Part shown: positions 28,708-41,710 of the stretch, piece by piece
Layout: the number at the start of each line of letters is the position of its first letter
How positions within the stretch are numbered: position 1 is the first letter of the stretch
NCBI GenBank assembly: GCA_012295275.1
Contig: CM022674.1
Location: 11,656,001 to 11,720,000, forward strand
Length of the DNA stretch: 64,000 bases
Source of the DNA: Chrysomallon squamiferum
Lineage: Eukaryota > Animalia > Mollusca
Reading direction: 5' to 3'
Notes under the pieces: model-generated
What the model saw: the letters and a program-made list of their open reading frames with translations, nothing else
Told to the model about the DNA's origin: nothing
Database searches by the model: none
Made by a program: the position numbers and the translations under genes

Positions 28708-30646
28708 ATGTCGGGAGGTAGTGGAGCTGTAGGAACTAGTAGCGGTAACGGTAGTAGCTGGGGGAGCGAAGGAATTAACGATGGTAAAAATCGAACTACT
28801 TCTGTTCCTAACACGGAATGTATGCCGCAAGGACCACTGTTTAACAAAGATCAAGACAGTGTTTCGGAAGACATTCCATCGGATATTTCAATGGTATGTA
28901 CACGATAATGCCGAAACTACCACTTATTACGATAAAACTAATAAAACAGTAGACGAAGGTTTTCAAATTTTACCTTACCACTATCCTAAAGCTTCCGTAA
29001 TTCCCATTCAGTGGCAAGAAGCTCAAGCTTTCAGACTCGTTAATATAGGTTTCGAAATATTAGATTGTACTTTAACGACCGAAGAAGTCACTTCCATAAG
29101 TGACATTCAAGTGATGCGCACGGATTTCGTACGCGAACCCAAGTTGCTCTGTTTGTGATTATAATCACGAATGGGGAGATTTCGTTGTCGATAAGTTTAA
29201 AAACAACCAAAGGTTCGATATCAGTAGTAATTTCACCAATCAGTGGGCAGTCAATCTACAAAATGCTACTCTGCCCAGAGTACTATTAAAACTACCAGAA
29301 TTTTTTTTTAACAAAAACCAATGTCAATTGATGGACATTCATTACAAATTCCAAGAGGTATTTTTATTCCTCATCGGCGATATTAATACCATGACTTCGA
29401 AATTTACTCATACTTGGGAATGTACGTAAAGATTTTATCCCATTTGTCATTACTTGCATAATATTAAAGACTACGATATCAGTGATATCGGAACGTTAGA
29501 AGACATTTTCAAAGTAAAACCTTTTGGTGGTACGGAGTCTTTGTACAAAGTTTTTAATCAAACTGTGTCTCTGTTGCGGTAGAGATAGTCCGGTGGTCCA
29601 AGCGGCGTGCATTTTCGTAAAATGTTTTATCACTTTCGAATTCATTAGACGTTCGATTACATGTATCCCGAATTATCTAAGATTAGAGAAGTAGCCGGTT
29701 ACGCAGCCAATCCTAAATTTGCATTTCCCAAACGTAAGAGAAAATATCGTTTCCAAAACAGGATGGTTTACACTCGAACTGACCACGGAAACGAACCGTC
29801 ATCCAACCCTGCAACAGGAGAATACGCGCCTGAAGCACCACGGAGCCTCGTCAATACTCACCTCCTGGTGGCACAGTGTCTGGCTCTGCTTCTTCAAACC
29901 GTTACCATCCTCACCCTTCGCCTCGTCCGGAATGAGTGAATTAAATGTTTATTTTTGGAAGTATAGATACGAAGATATGTTACGTAGTGTATATCAACCT
30001 GGTCTAACAAATATAGATCTCATTTATCCAGAAATTCCTAGAAACAATGAACAAAATATATCTGAATTTATATTAGAATAATATAACAGTTTGAGATTAG
30101 ATCTGTTTAAAACTAGAAATACGCTTCCTGGTCTCGATTTTAAACAACGTTAAAACAGATTTGTTCGGATGCGACATCGTCCACTTTTTAGACGATGATA
30201 GAATAACAAACGATTCGGGCAACTTTTGGCTTTGGTCTGTAGACGGAAACCAAGTCTAGACGTGGTTGTCTCGTGTGTTTCTAGATTTTACTAAATGGAA
30301 GAAAGTCTTTGAATTTAATATCACTATGCAAAATTTTAACCGCGTATTTAAGTCTCCTACGTCTGATCTTAATGTCGTTGAGAAAGATTACTTAAATCAA
30401 TATAAGATAATTCCTAAAAAGCAAGCTCACGATCTACCTCAGTACATATACTGGCTGTTAATAAATAACCAAGATAGAATACATGATGATAAAGGAGTCG
30501 TCGATCCTCACGTCACAGATTATAACAAAATATTTAATCAGTCTGTTCATTTTAATACTGTGCCCGATAACCGTTCGCGTATGCATTCAATGAAATTATG
30601 CGATGGTTGCTATTGGGCTACGACCTTACTGATAAAGTTTAACTAG
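28708..30646 (+). pseudogene. Parvovirus-like capsid (VP) pseudogene with multiple frameshifts and stops
   Basis: MSGGSGAVGTSSGNGSSWG N-terminus; TFHRIFQWYV...DEGFQILPYHYPKASVIPIQW...FRLVNIGFEI...TDFVREPKL; NATLPRV; KFTHTWE; RIHDDKG...QIITKYLISL. Spacing resembles parvoviral jelly-roll capsids; recognised by eye. Confidence 0.7.
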
Positions 30647-30651
30647 ATCGT

Positions 30652-30975
30652 ATGGCTGGAATCGTTTCTGGAAACAACGACAAAGATCAATCGACCCATT
30701 CTTCTTTTCACGTGGAAGACAAAGATCCTTATGATTGCATAGAACTAGGGATGGGTAGAAACGTCGAAGGAGGCAGAATAAAACAGTTGTGTCCCATTGA
30801 CTATCGATTCGATGAGGACATGTTAACCTCCGACGAAAATAAGAACAAAAAATCGAATTCGAGACAGAAAAGATCGCATCCGTATAAAAGACTAACTGCT
30901 CCTACTTGTATTTGTTCCAGAAATAAAGCCAGAGAAAAGAAGACAATATTAAGAAAACGTTATAAAGAAGCATAA
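30652..30975 (+). CDS. 107-aa basic ORF inside the EVE (VP C-terminal tail or accessory protein)
   Basis: ATG-initiated and open; RQKRSHPYKR and a Lys/Arg-rich C-terminus. Confidence 0.35.
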   Translation: MAGIVSGNNDKDQSTHSSFHVEDKDPYDCIELGMGRNVEGGRIKQLCPIDYRFDEDMLTSDENKNKKSNSRQKRSHPYKRLTAPTCICSRNKAREKKTILRKRYKEA

Positions 30976-31075
30976 CCAGCCAACGGACATATTTCATAAT
31001 CCTATCGCATTTATTTTAAGTTCATATTATCATCATCATCAACGTCACCGAGTAACGGTTCATTTGTAAATAGTC

Positions 31076-32655
31076 ATGGATAATCTTAACGAACACTGGT
31101 ATTGTATAATATTACAAGTTAATGGTTTGTCAGCGGAGTATAATGAAGAACTTGAACAACTATTTAATGGAAGATATATTTCTCCCCTGGTCAAATCCCC
31201 AAGCAACAGATATGACAAATACGGCAGACTTTTTCTATTTACGCCGAGCCTCGTGAAGTAGAATATAAGATAGTGACACGCTGGTCCACAAAGATTGAAT
31301 TCCTTCAAATTCTTCCCATGGAAATCAAAGAGTATCTGAACAAAGTGAACACCTTCTTTAGTGTCAGCAACTATAACGAAAACATCTACAACCTGAACGA
31401 AATGGTTAAAAGGCAGTCTCTGTTAGTCGTTCACTCGTCCGACAGATCTCCCGATTCTTGCACGCCGTTCCAACACCTTCACGCAGTCCTCAGTAAGACG
31501 GGAATGTGCCACACGGTACACGACCAGAGAACTCGGTTGCGTCGTCAACGCAGCAGAGAAAGCTGGTTACCGTGTTAGGGTCCAAAAGATAAGAAACATC
31601 AAAGATTACCTGCGTTATCTAAAAAGGCCTTCCAAAGGGTACATATTTTTAGGTAGCAATTCAAAATTCTTGGGCAAAATATGGATACAGCTACCTCCAG
31701 ACTGCTCGGACACAGAGAAATCTACTAAAATTGACGATCTCCTACAAGAAGAAGAAGACGTGTCAGGCGTGGCGATCATGACAGAGGCAGATGTTTGGGA
31801 AAGCCAGACGTTTGGAACAGGACGGCACGGATGCCTCCTGCTCAGAAAGGCTTCACTCAAAAACGTGCAGTGAACGAATTTCTAGATGATGTTGATCAAG
31901 ACCAAGACTTCAGACGACCAACTAATTTAACAAGACAAAGTCGTTTCAGATGTACGTCTACAGAAGCGATACCATCTACGTCGAGGCAGACAACGCCCGT
32001 CAGTCAGTTCACGCAAACTTTCGATCCATGGGAAAACTCTCAACCGTTGATGACTTCTCCTGCTGCACCTGTCCATAAAAACGTGTTCCGCGTTCAGAAG
32101 CTTACTGGTTAAATGAATGAGACACCGGAGAGAGACAGTCGAGGTCTGCGACGGCTGAAACGAGAGGAATCGGTCAGGTCTGCAGATTTAACAAGAGTCT
32201 AGAGCAAGAGACACCGAGGACGACGAGGACACGTATCAACCAAAACAAAAGCAAAAGAAGTTAAAACTAAACGAAAACTTGTGTAAGTTTACAGATGTTA
32301 CAGAGACTCTGATCACGACCAGTGAAGCAAAGAACGAAAGGCAATGAGTGGAATGGGTTTTGTCGAATAAAGACAAATCGGACAAAATATGTGGTAGAAC
32401 CGGTCGTGGTAAGTTAGGAGGTTTTAAGTATCATAAAATCAGTGTGAATTACCACAGAGTTGTGCAGGAGATACTTACCTCCATAGAAAAGAAGACATTC
32501 GGGTCTTCCATCGAATACCTTCAGCAAGTAGACACGCCTTCCATGAAGAGATCTATCGCAGTGGCAACACCACCAGAAAGTTGCCTTCAAGCCAGGGAAT
32601 TGGCTTCTGTTGTCAAAATCAGCTGCAAGCAAACGTACAAAAATAATTACAAATA
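31076..32655 (+). pseudogene. NS1/Rep-like pseudogene: HUH endonuclease present, SF3 helicase absent
   Basis: FQHLHAVL (HLH at 31474-31482), then after a frameshift VQKIRNIKDYLRYLKRPSKGYIFLGSN (YLK at 31616-31624); acidic linker; no Walker A/B seen before host sequence resumes. Confidence 0.75.
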
Positions 32656-32679
32656 TATTAACTGAAGTAATATAGCGTG

Positions 32680-32793
32680 AACCTACCTTGTTTCTTGTGA
32701 CACTCGGAAAAGAAGCTTTGTCCTCACACAGTTTGACGTGTTTGGAATAAAACAGAACATCTCACGATGTGTTTATATGGTAAGGACAAAGAA
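32680..32793 (-). promoter_or_regulatory. Second copy of the EGF-ZP-SRCR upstream block, abutting the EVE
   Basis: aacctacctt(g/c)tttcttgtgaca...ttgtcctcac...acagtttgacgtgtttgg(a/t)ataaaacagaa...ggacaaagaa shared with 19922-20050 in the same orientation. Confidence 0.7.
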
Positions 32794-33636
32794 ACCATCT
32801 TGTCCAATGAATAACTGCTTTAAAGTATTGCATCATGAATGAATTGTATGTGTATTCATAACTAACTTCATCATCATCATCGTAAATAATAATAATATTC
32901 ACACTTAATGTGCTCATTTGTCTATTTCTCTCTCTGTCTTTCTCTCGTGCGTGTGTGTGTGTGTGCGTGTGTGCGTGTGTGTGTGTGTGTGTGCGCGTGC
33001 GCGTGCGCGTGCGCGTGTGTGTGTGCGTGTCTGTGTGCGCGTCTGTGTCTGTGTCTGTGTCGAACATACTATATATGTGAATTATATGAGTATGTAATTA
33101 TATCACACAGATGATTGGTATATGCATTTTCAATATGTAAAATGTATAATAAATGAGATTAAATTGTAAATTTGGTACATGCTTTTTTTCCATATGTTGC
33201 CTTCATACATATAAATATATATGTGTGTGTGGGTGTATATTATATTACATGCTTTTGTGTTCCTGATATTGTATTTTGATTGATGATAAATAAAATCTTG
33301 TACCTCACAAAGAGACACAAGCTGTTAGTGTTATTATGCCATATTTTACATGTGTCAGACAGATTTACGAGTTAATCTCATTTACACGTTTTACTTTATA
33401 TTTCTTTGTTTCACCGTGTAAACCCATTCTAAATACTATAATTTATGTTGTTTTCTATCTGATTTTCAACAGCTGTTTCACTTTGACATATGTACATGAA
33501 CCTAATTTATCACACACACACATGCACACATACACAAACACACACTCATACACACATACACAAACACAATACATACACCCGTACACACACACACACACAC
33601 ACTCATTAACACAAACACAATGCATACACCCGTACA

Positions 33637-33667
<31 letters not shown>

Positions 33668-34614
33668 TCGAAAAACCACATACACACACAGACCTACACA
33701 TATATTCAGATATATTCATAATCTGATATATTATAGAATAATAAAGTGCAAAAAATTTAAAAGATAAAAGAAAGAAAATATAAGTAAATAGTAATGATAA
33801 TAAGAAGACATCACCACACCAAAAAATAAGAGTAATAAAAAGAAATAAAAAATGTGACAAAATATTTCAAATTTAGAAAAAAAAAAAAAATAATAATAAT
33901 AATAATAATAAAAATATCTTGAAAAAGTAAAACTAAACAAATAAATAAAATATCCATAATAAACAAACAGTAAATCATGACATTAAAAAAGAAATAGGTG
34001 ACAAGAACATCTATAAATAGGAAAGATAACTCTGTTAACGTCAAATAAAAATCTCTTCTATTCTGTTATTTGTAACACTGTGTTTTATCAAGTAAGTAAT
34101 ACACTTCACGACTTATATCAAAAAAAGAGCTCTGACAGGAGGAGAAGATAACCTAATTTAGTTATCTCACTCTGTAAATAATACATTTACAACTTCCATG
34201 ATAAAAGAGCTCAACAGGATGGGGAGATAAACTAGTTTAGTTACCTCCCTCTAGGAAAGATTTAGCTCATAAAAAATAAAAGTAGAAATCTTTATGAAAA
34301 CATTTAATTTTTCCTTTTTCATTTGCTTGGCTGACAGATTTAATGTTATTTCTGTCAGAAGATACTGAGTTAGATATTTTTGGACAAGAGAAAAATGAGG
34401 AAAGATTGATATTAAATCATGTTCTGATATTTTAGATTAAATCATTTCTTGCTGGGATTCTGTAACTCAATCAACAGATGAAGGTTGTCTGATCAAAGTG
34501 AAGCCAACTTAAGGCAAAGATATTTGTTTGTGTTGAAAAAAACATGTCTGAAATATGTTTACTGTTTAGTAAGATTTATGCACAGATTTACATGCAACAT
34601 GTATATATAAAGAA

Positions 34615-34650
<36 letters not shown>

Positions 34651-36168
34651 ACATTAACAAAAACATACCTATACAAATATAGACAGACACACAATATACT
34701 TATAAACATATTTACATGCACATATACATAAACAAACACACGAACACACATGCATACACACATACTACACAGAAAAACACTTACAAACATGCATATACAA
34801 GCACTCATTTATACACAGAAACATACACAGACACAAACACACCAACACTGATACACACATACACATACATAACACACACACACACATGCACACAAAACTA
34901 TTTCCAGTTAAATATTTTCATTTAACAATTTGCTGAAGTATTTATGCCAGTTTAAAAATCTGTTCTGTTAACATTTTAAATATTTACACAGACTGAGTAA
35001 TTTACAATTGTTAATTATTTTTCACAAATTATCCTAACTGAAAATCACTTAACCATTTTCACACCAATGTTTTTAACAGACTGTTCTCTGGAAAACCACA
35101 TTTTCAAACTGGTAAATGAAGCAAAACCACAAAATGACTGAGCAGATTTTTATCAGTTCTGTCTTTGATGCATTTTCCATAATTTGTTAACAAAGAAAGA
35201 ATAAGTAGGAAATAAAAAAAGAAAATACATTTTGATATTGTAGATTAAATCATTTTTGCATTTATTGTATGTCTTGTATGTATGTGTTTGTGTGTATGTA
35301 CATGTGTGCATGTATGTGTATATGTATATATGCATCTATGTAATGATGATTTTAAAGGAGAAACCAGCTGTCATCATTCTTAGTGTCACACCTACAGAGA
35401 GTCTGCTTAAACAGGTAAACACATACCATGCCTTTTCATACACAAATACTATTTCAGAAATATTCAACTTCTCTAATTTTCTTTAACAAAACCTGAAAAT
35501 ATTTCAGCAGTAATGATTATATTGATGAAATGAAGAAGAAATCTGTTATTGTCATTGCAAGAATACTTTTACAAAAAATTGTAAGATATCTTTTATTTTT
35601 ACTTTCCTACAGGACAACACATACCACAGTGTTTGGAAAGTATGAATTGAGACTGACAATTCCTGCCCTAAAAATACGTGCTAATCTTCATCTTCTTCTT
35701 CTTTCCTTGTTCTTATAAAGAGGAAAGATTTTTTTATTATTTTTTTAAAAAATAGGATAGCACTGACCCCAGACTTTTACAACCCATGTTTAGGTGAAAA
35801 GAAAACAGCGTTTCTTCATCATCATGGCAATTTTGTGGCTGATCTTAATGCAAACCTGTCTTTTTACACATACTTTCCCTTCAATAGGATGAGAGCTAGA
35901 CAACTTAATATTAAATTAATCAGGTGTCAGGGTAGGCAACTCTGGTTTGATCTGTAAACAAGTGTGGAAATGAGATTATGTCTGTTTAAGTAATTCATAT
36001 GTAATTGGTTAGTTTCCCATCTTTAGGATAAATACTGTTACAAAGTACAAAACAAGAAATGTACTAATTATACCTAGACTGTATCAGCGTCATTTTAACA
36101 TGCATCTACACTGTATCACTGTCTTTTTAACATATATCTTGACTGTATCAATGGTATTTTAACAAATA

Positions 36169-36879
36169 CATGGTACCTTGAGTTATGAGTTTTTCGAGTT
36201 ACAAGCAGCCTGCCGGTTGATTTTTGCTTTGAGTTCCAAGCTAAAATCCGAGTTACAAGGGAGCTTCAGATACGCCACCACTAGTTGGTGCAGCGAACAA
36301 CACAGCAGCATCCTGTGTCTTACTTGTTACCTCGCCATGGAAGCATCTCTGTTGTGTTGTGCTCTTGTTTTGTGCACTGTTTTGCCAAATTTCCATGGAT
36401 CCTAAGAAAGTTAGTGCAAAGGACAGTACTGAGAAGGAGAAGCTGAATTAAAGCATGAAATCATAGAAAAACATGAGCAAGGTGTGCATGTAGTCAACAT
36501 GGCTAGGCAGTATGAGTGTACCACTTCTATGATATGTACCATACGGAATCAGAAGGAGTCGATAAAGGCATTAAAATAATTTCTAAGCTGCAGACCTCTG
36601 TCCATGAAAAGATGGAGAATCCCTAATCCTGTACACTTTACAAAATTAATTTACTTCTTTACATTTCTTTTTTTTTTTTTTTTTTTTTTATACAATATTT
36701 ATACACTCATTTTTCTTATTTAAATACATGTTACAAAAAATTGGGATGGTTTTTGATGGCTGAACGGATTAATGGTACTTCAATTAATTTCAAATGGTAA
36801 AATTGATTTGATATACGAGCAAACTGAGTTACGAGCTCGGTGACAGAAGGAATTCAACTCGTAAGACAAAGTACCACTG
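36169..36879 (+). mobile_element. Internally deleted Tigger/pogo DNA transposon
   Basis: TA-flanked TIRs CA(G)TGGTACCTTG...CAAAGTACCACTG; from 36395 MDPKKVSAKDSTEKEK..ELKHEIIEKHEQGVHVVNMARQYECTTSMICTIRNQKESIKA (CENP-B-type HTH). Confidence 0.9.
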
Positions 36880-36884
36880 TACTT

Positions 36885-39800
36885 TAGACTATATGAGTGT
36901 CATTTTAACACTTAGACTGTACCAAGGTCCTTTTTAACAAAGAGCTAGACTGTATCAATGTCATTTTAACAAAAGACGTAGACTGTACCAATGTCCTTTT
37001 AACAAAAGACTTAGACTGTATCAATGTCCTTTTAACAAAAGACCTAGACTGTATCAATGTCATTCTAACAAAAGACCTAGACTGTATCAATGTCCTTTTA
37101 AACAAAATACCTAGACTGTATCAATGTCATTTTAAACAAAAGACGTAGACTGTATCAATGACTGTATCAATGTCCTTTTGTCCAATGTCCTTTTAACAAA
37201 AGACCTAGACTGTATCAATGTCATTTTAACAAAAGACCTAGACTGTATCAATGTCCTCTTTTAAAAAAATACCTAGACTGTATCAATGTCATTTTAACAA
37301 AAGACCTAGACTGTATCAATGTCCTTTTTAACAAAATACCTAGACTGTATTAATGTCATTTTAACAAAAGACCTAGACTGTATCAATGTCATTTTAACAA
37401 AAGACCTAGACTGTATCGAATGTCCTTTTAAACAAAATACCTAGACTGTATTAATGTCATTTTAAACAAAAGACCTAGACTGTATCAATGTCCTTTTAAC
37501 AAAAGACCTAGACTGTATCAATGTCATTTTAACAAAAGACCTAGACTGTATTAATGTCATTTTAACAAAAGACCTAGACTGTATCAATGTCCTTTTTAAC
37601 AAAAGACATAGACTGTATCAATGTCATTTTAACAAAAGACCTAGACTGTATCAATGTCATTTTAACAAAAGACCTAGACTGTATCAATGTCATTTTCAAT
37701 GTATCAATGTCATTTTAACAAAACAAAATACCTAGACTGTATCAATGTCCTTTTTAACAAAAGACCTAGACTGTATCAATGTCATTTTAACAAAAGACCT
37801 AGACTGTATCAATGTCCTTTTTAACAAAAGACCTAGACTGTATTAATGTCATTTTAAAAAAAACCTAGACCTAGACTGTCCTTTTAAACAAAAATGTCTT
37901 TTAACAAAAGACCTAGACTGTATCAATGTCATTTTAACAAAATACCTAGACTGTATCAATGTCATTTTTAACAAAAGACCTAGACTGTATCAATGTCATT
38001 TTAACAAAAAAAGACTGTAGACTGTATCAATGTCATTTTAACAAAAGACCTAGACTGTATCAATGTCATTTTAACAAAAGACCTAGACTGTATCAATGTC
38101 ATTCTAACAAAAGACCTAGACTGTATTAATGTCCTTTTTAACAAAATACCTAGACTGTATCAATGTCATTTTAACAAAAGACATAGACTGTATCAATGTC
38201 CTTTTAACAAAATACCTAGACCTAGACTGTATTAATGTCATTTTAACAAAAGACCTAGACTGTATCAATGTCCATTTTAAACAAAAGACCTAGACTGTAT
38301 CAATGTCATTTTAACAAAAGACCTAGACTGTATCAATGTCATTTTAACAAAAGACCTAGACTGTATCAATGTCATTTTAACAAAAGACCTAGACTGTATT
38401 AATGTCCTTTTTTAACAAAATACCTAGACTGTATTAATGTCCTTTTAACAAAAGACCTAGACTGTATCAATGTCATTTTAACAAAAGACCTAGACTGTAT
38501 CAATGTCATTTTAACAATGTCATTTTAAACAAAAGACTGTACAATGTCATTTTAACAAAAGACCTAGACTGTATTAATGTCATTTTTAAACAAAAGACCT
38601 AGACTGTATCAATGTCATTTTAACAAAACAAAACTGTATCAATGTCATTTTAAGACTGTATCAATGTCATTTTTTAACAAAGACCTAGACTGTATCAATG
38701 TCATTCTAACAAAAGACCTAGACTGTATTAATGTCCTTTTTAACAAAATACCTAGACTGTATCAATGTCATTTTTAACAAAAGACCTAGACTGTATCAAT
38801 GTCATTTTAACAAAAGACCTAGACTGTATCAATGTCATTTTAACAAAAGACCTAGACTGTATCAATGTCATTCTAACAAAAGACCTAGACTGTATTAATG
38901 TCCTTTTTAACAAAAGACCTAGACTGTATCAATGTCATTTAACAAAAGACCTAGACTGTATCAATGTCATTTTAAACAAAAGACCTAGACTGTATCAATG
39001 TCATTTTAACAAAAGACCTAGACTGTATCAATGTCATTTTAACAAAAGACCTAGACTGTATCAATGTCATTTTAACAAAAGACCTAGACTGTATCAATGT
39101 CATTTTAACAAAAGACCTAGACTGTATCAATGTCATTTTAACAAAAGACCTAGACTGTATCAATGTCATTTTAACAAAAGACCTAGACTGTATCAATGTC
39201 ATTTTAACAAAAGACCTAGACTGTATCAATGTCATTTTAACAAAAGACCTAGACTGTATCAATGTCATTTTAAACAAAAACAAAAAATGTCATTTTAACA
39301 AAAGACCTAGACTGTATCAATGTCATTTTAACAAAAGACCTAGACTGTATCAATGTCATTTTAACAAAAGACCTAGACTGTATCAATGTCATTTTTAACA
39401 AAAGACCTAGACTGTATCAATGTCATTTTAACAAAAGACATACACTGTATCAATGTCATTTTAACAAAAGACCTAGACTGTATGAATGTCCTTTTTAACA
39501 AAAGACCTAGACTGTATCAATGTCATTTTAAACAAAAGACCTAGACTGTATCAATGTCATTTTAACAAAAGACCTAGACTGTACCAATGTCCTTTTAACA
39601 AAAGACCTAGACTGTATCAATGTCATTCTAACAAAAGACCTAGACTGTATCAATGTCATTTTTAACAAAATACCTAGACTGTATCAATGTCATTTTTAAC
39701 AAAAGACGTAGACTGTACCAATGTCCTTTTAACAAAATACCTAGACTGTATCAATGTCATTTTAACAAAAGACCTAGACTGTATCAATGTCATTCTAACA

Positions 39801-41710
39801 AAAGACCTAGACTGTATCAATGTCCTTTTTAACAAAAGACCTAGACTGTATCAATGTCCTTTTTAACAAAAGACCTAGACTGTATCAATGTCATTTTAAC
39901 AAAAGACCTAGACTGTATCAATGTCATTTTAACAAAAGACCTAGACTGTATCAATGTCATTTTAACAAAAGACCTAGACTGTATCAATGTCCTTTTTAAC
40001 AAAATACCTAGACTGTATCAATGTCATTTTAAACAAAAGACGTAGACTGTATCAATGTCATTTTTAACAAAAGACCTAGACTGTATCAATGTCATTTTTA
40101 ACAAAAGACCTAGACTGTATCAATGTCATTTTAACAAAAGACCTAGACTGTATCAATGTCCTTTTTAACAAAATACCTAGACTGTATCAATGTCATTTTA
40201 ACAAAAGACCTAGACTGTATCAATGTCCTTTTAACAAAAGACCTGTAGACTGTAACAAAAGAATAGACTGTCAATGTCTTTTTAAACAAAAATACCTAGA
40301 CTGTATTAATGTCATTTTTAACAAAAAAGACTGTATCAATGTCATTTTAACAAAAAACTAGACTGTATCAATGTCATTTTTAACAAAAGACCTAGACTGT
40401 ATCAATGTCATTTTTAACAAAAGACCTAGACTGTATCAATGTCATTCTAACAAAAGACCTAGACTGTATTAATGTCCTTTTTAAACAAATACCTAGACTG
40501 TATCAATGTCATTTTAACAAAAGACATAGACTGTATCAATGTCATTTTAACAAAAGACCTAGACTGTATCAATGTCATTTTAACAAAAGACCTAGACTGT
40601 ATCAATGTCATTTTAACAAAAGACCTAGACTGTATCAATGTTACTTTTTAACAAAAGACCTAGACTGTATCAATGTCATTTTAACAAAAGACCTAGACTG
40701 TATCAATGTCATTTTAACAAAAGACCTAGACTGTATAATGTCATTTTTAACAAAAGACCTAGACTGTATCAATGTCATTTTAACAAAAGACCTAGACTGT
40801 ATCAATGTCATTAAACAAAAGACCTAGACTGTATCAATGTCATTTTAAACAAAAGACCTAGACTGTATCAATGTCATTTTAACAAAAGACCTAGACTGTA
40901 TCAATGTCATTTTAACAAAAGACCTAGACTGTATCAATGTCATTTTAACAAAAGACCTAGACTGTATCAATGTCATTTTAACAAAAGACCTAGACTGTAT
41001 CAATGTCATTTTAACAAAAGACCTAGACTGTATCAATGTCATTTTAACAAAAGACCTAGACTGTATCAATGTCATTTTAACAAAAGACATAGACTGTATC
41101 AATGTCCTTTTAAACAAAATACCTAGACTGTATTGTCATTTTAAACAAAAGACGTAGACTGTACCAATGTCCTTTTAACAAAAGACCTAGACTGTATCAA
41201 TGTCCTTTTTTAATGTCATTTTATTTTAAAAAGACCTAGACTATACCAATGTCATTTAACAAAAGAAACTGTACCTACACAAAAACCTAAATATCAATGT
41301 ACATTTTAACAAAGACCTACACTGTATCAATGTCATTTTAACAAAGTCCTAGACTGTATCATTGTCATTTTAACAAAATACCTAGACTGTACCAATGTCT
41401 TTTACTAAAATACCTAGACTGTACCAATGTCATTTAAAACAAAATATCTAGACTGTACCAATGTATATTTAACAAAGACCTAGACTGTACCAGTGTCCTT
41501 TTAACAAAGACCTAGACTGTACCAATGTCATTTTAACAAACACTAACACTATATCAGCGCCATTTTAACAAACACCTACACTCTACCAATGTCATTTTAA
41601 TAAATACCTAGACTGTACCAATGTTACTTTAGCATACACATAGACTGTACCAATGTCATTTTAACAAAGTCCTAGACTGTACCAACGTCATTTTAACTTG
41701 CACCTACACT
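36885..41710 (+). repeat. 33-bp tandem satellite, ~4.8 kb
   Basis: Unit aacaaaagacctagactgtatcaatgtcatttt; produces the 11-aa periodic pseudo-ORFs; a few extra units at 36070-36166. Confidence 0.98.

Larger units (their letters stand above)
28330..32655 (+). mobile_element. Endogenous parvovirus/densovirus-like element, degraded
   Basis: Intron-free, microsatellite-free, CpG-richer 4.3 kb block of frameshifted ORF pieces: Gly/Ser-rich capsid-like protein followed by an HUH endonuclease. Boundaries are approximate. Confidence 0.8.

Noticed and set aside
32100-32665. SF3 helicase or right terminal hairpin of the EVE
   Set aside because: No GxxxxGK[ST] motif or inverted repeat found; the element appears truncated
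36178-36405. 75-aa ORF and its mirror at 63347-63574
   Set aside because: Non-ATG frame over the Tigger 5' non-coding region; the transposase remnant starts at 36395 in another frame
36885-41710. Periodic ORFs (NKRPRLYQCHF / TKDLDCINVIL) as a repeat protein, or the array as CRISPR
   Set aside because: Head-to-tail 33-bp units with no unique spacers, frequent frame-breaking indels, eukaryotic context and no cas genes
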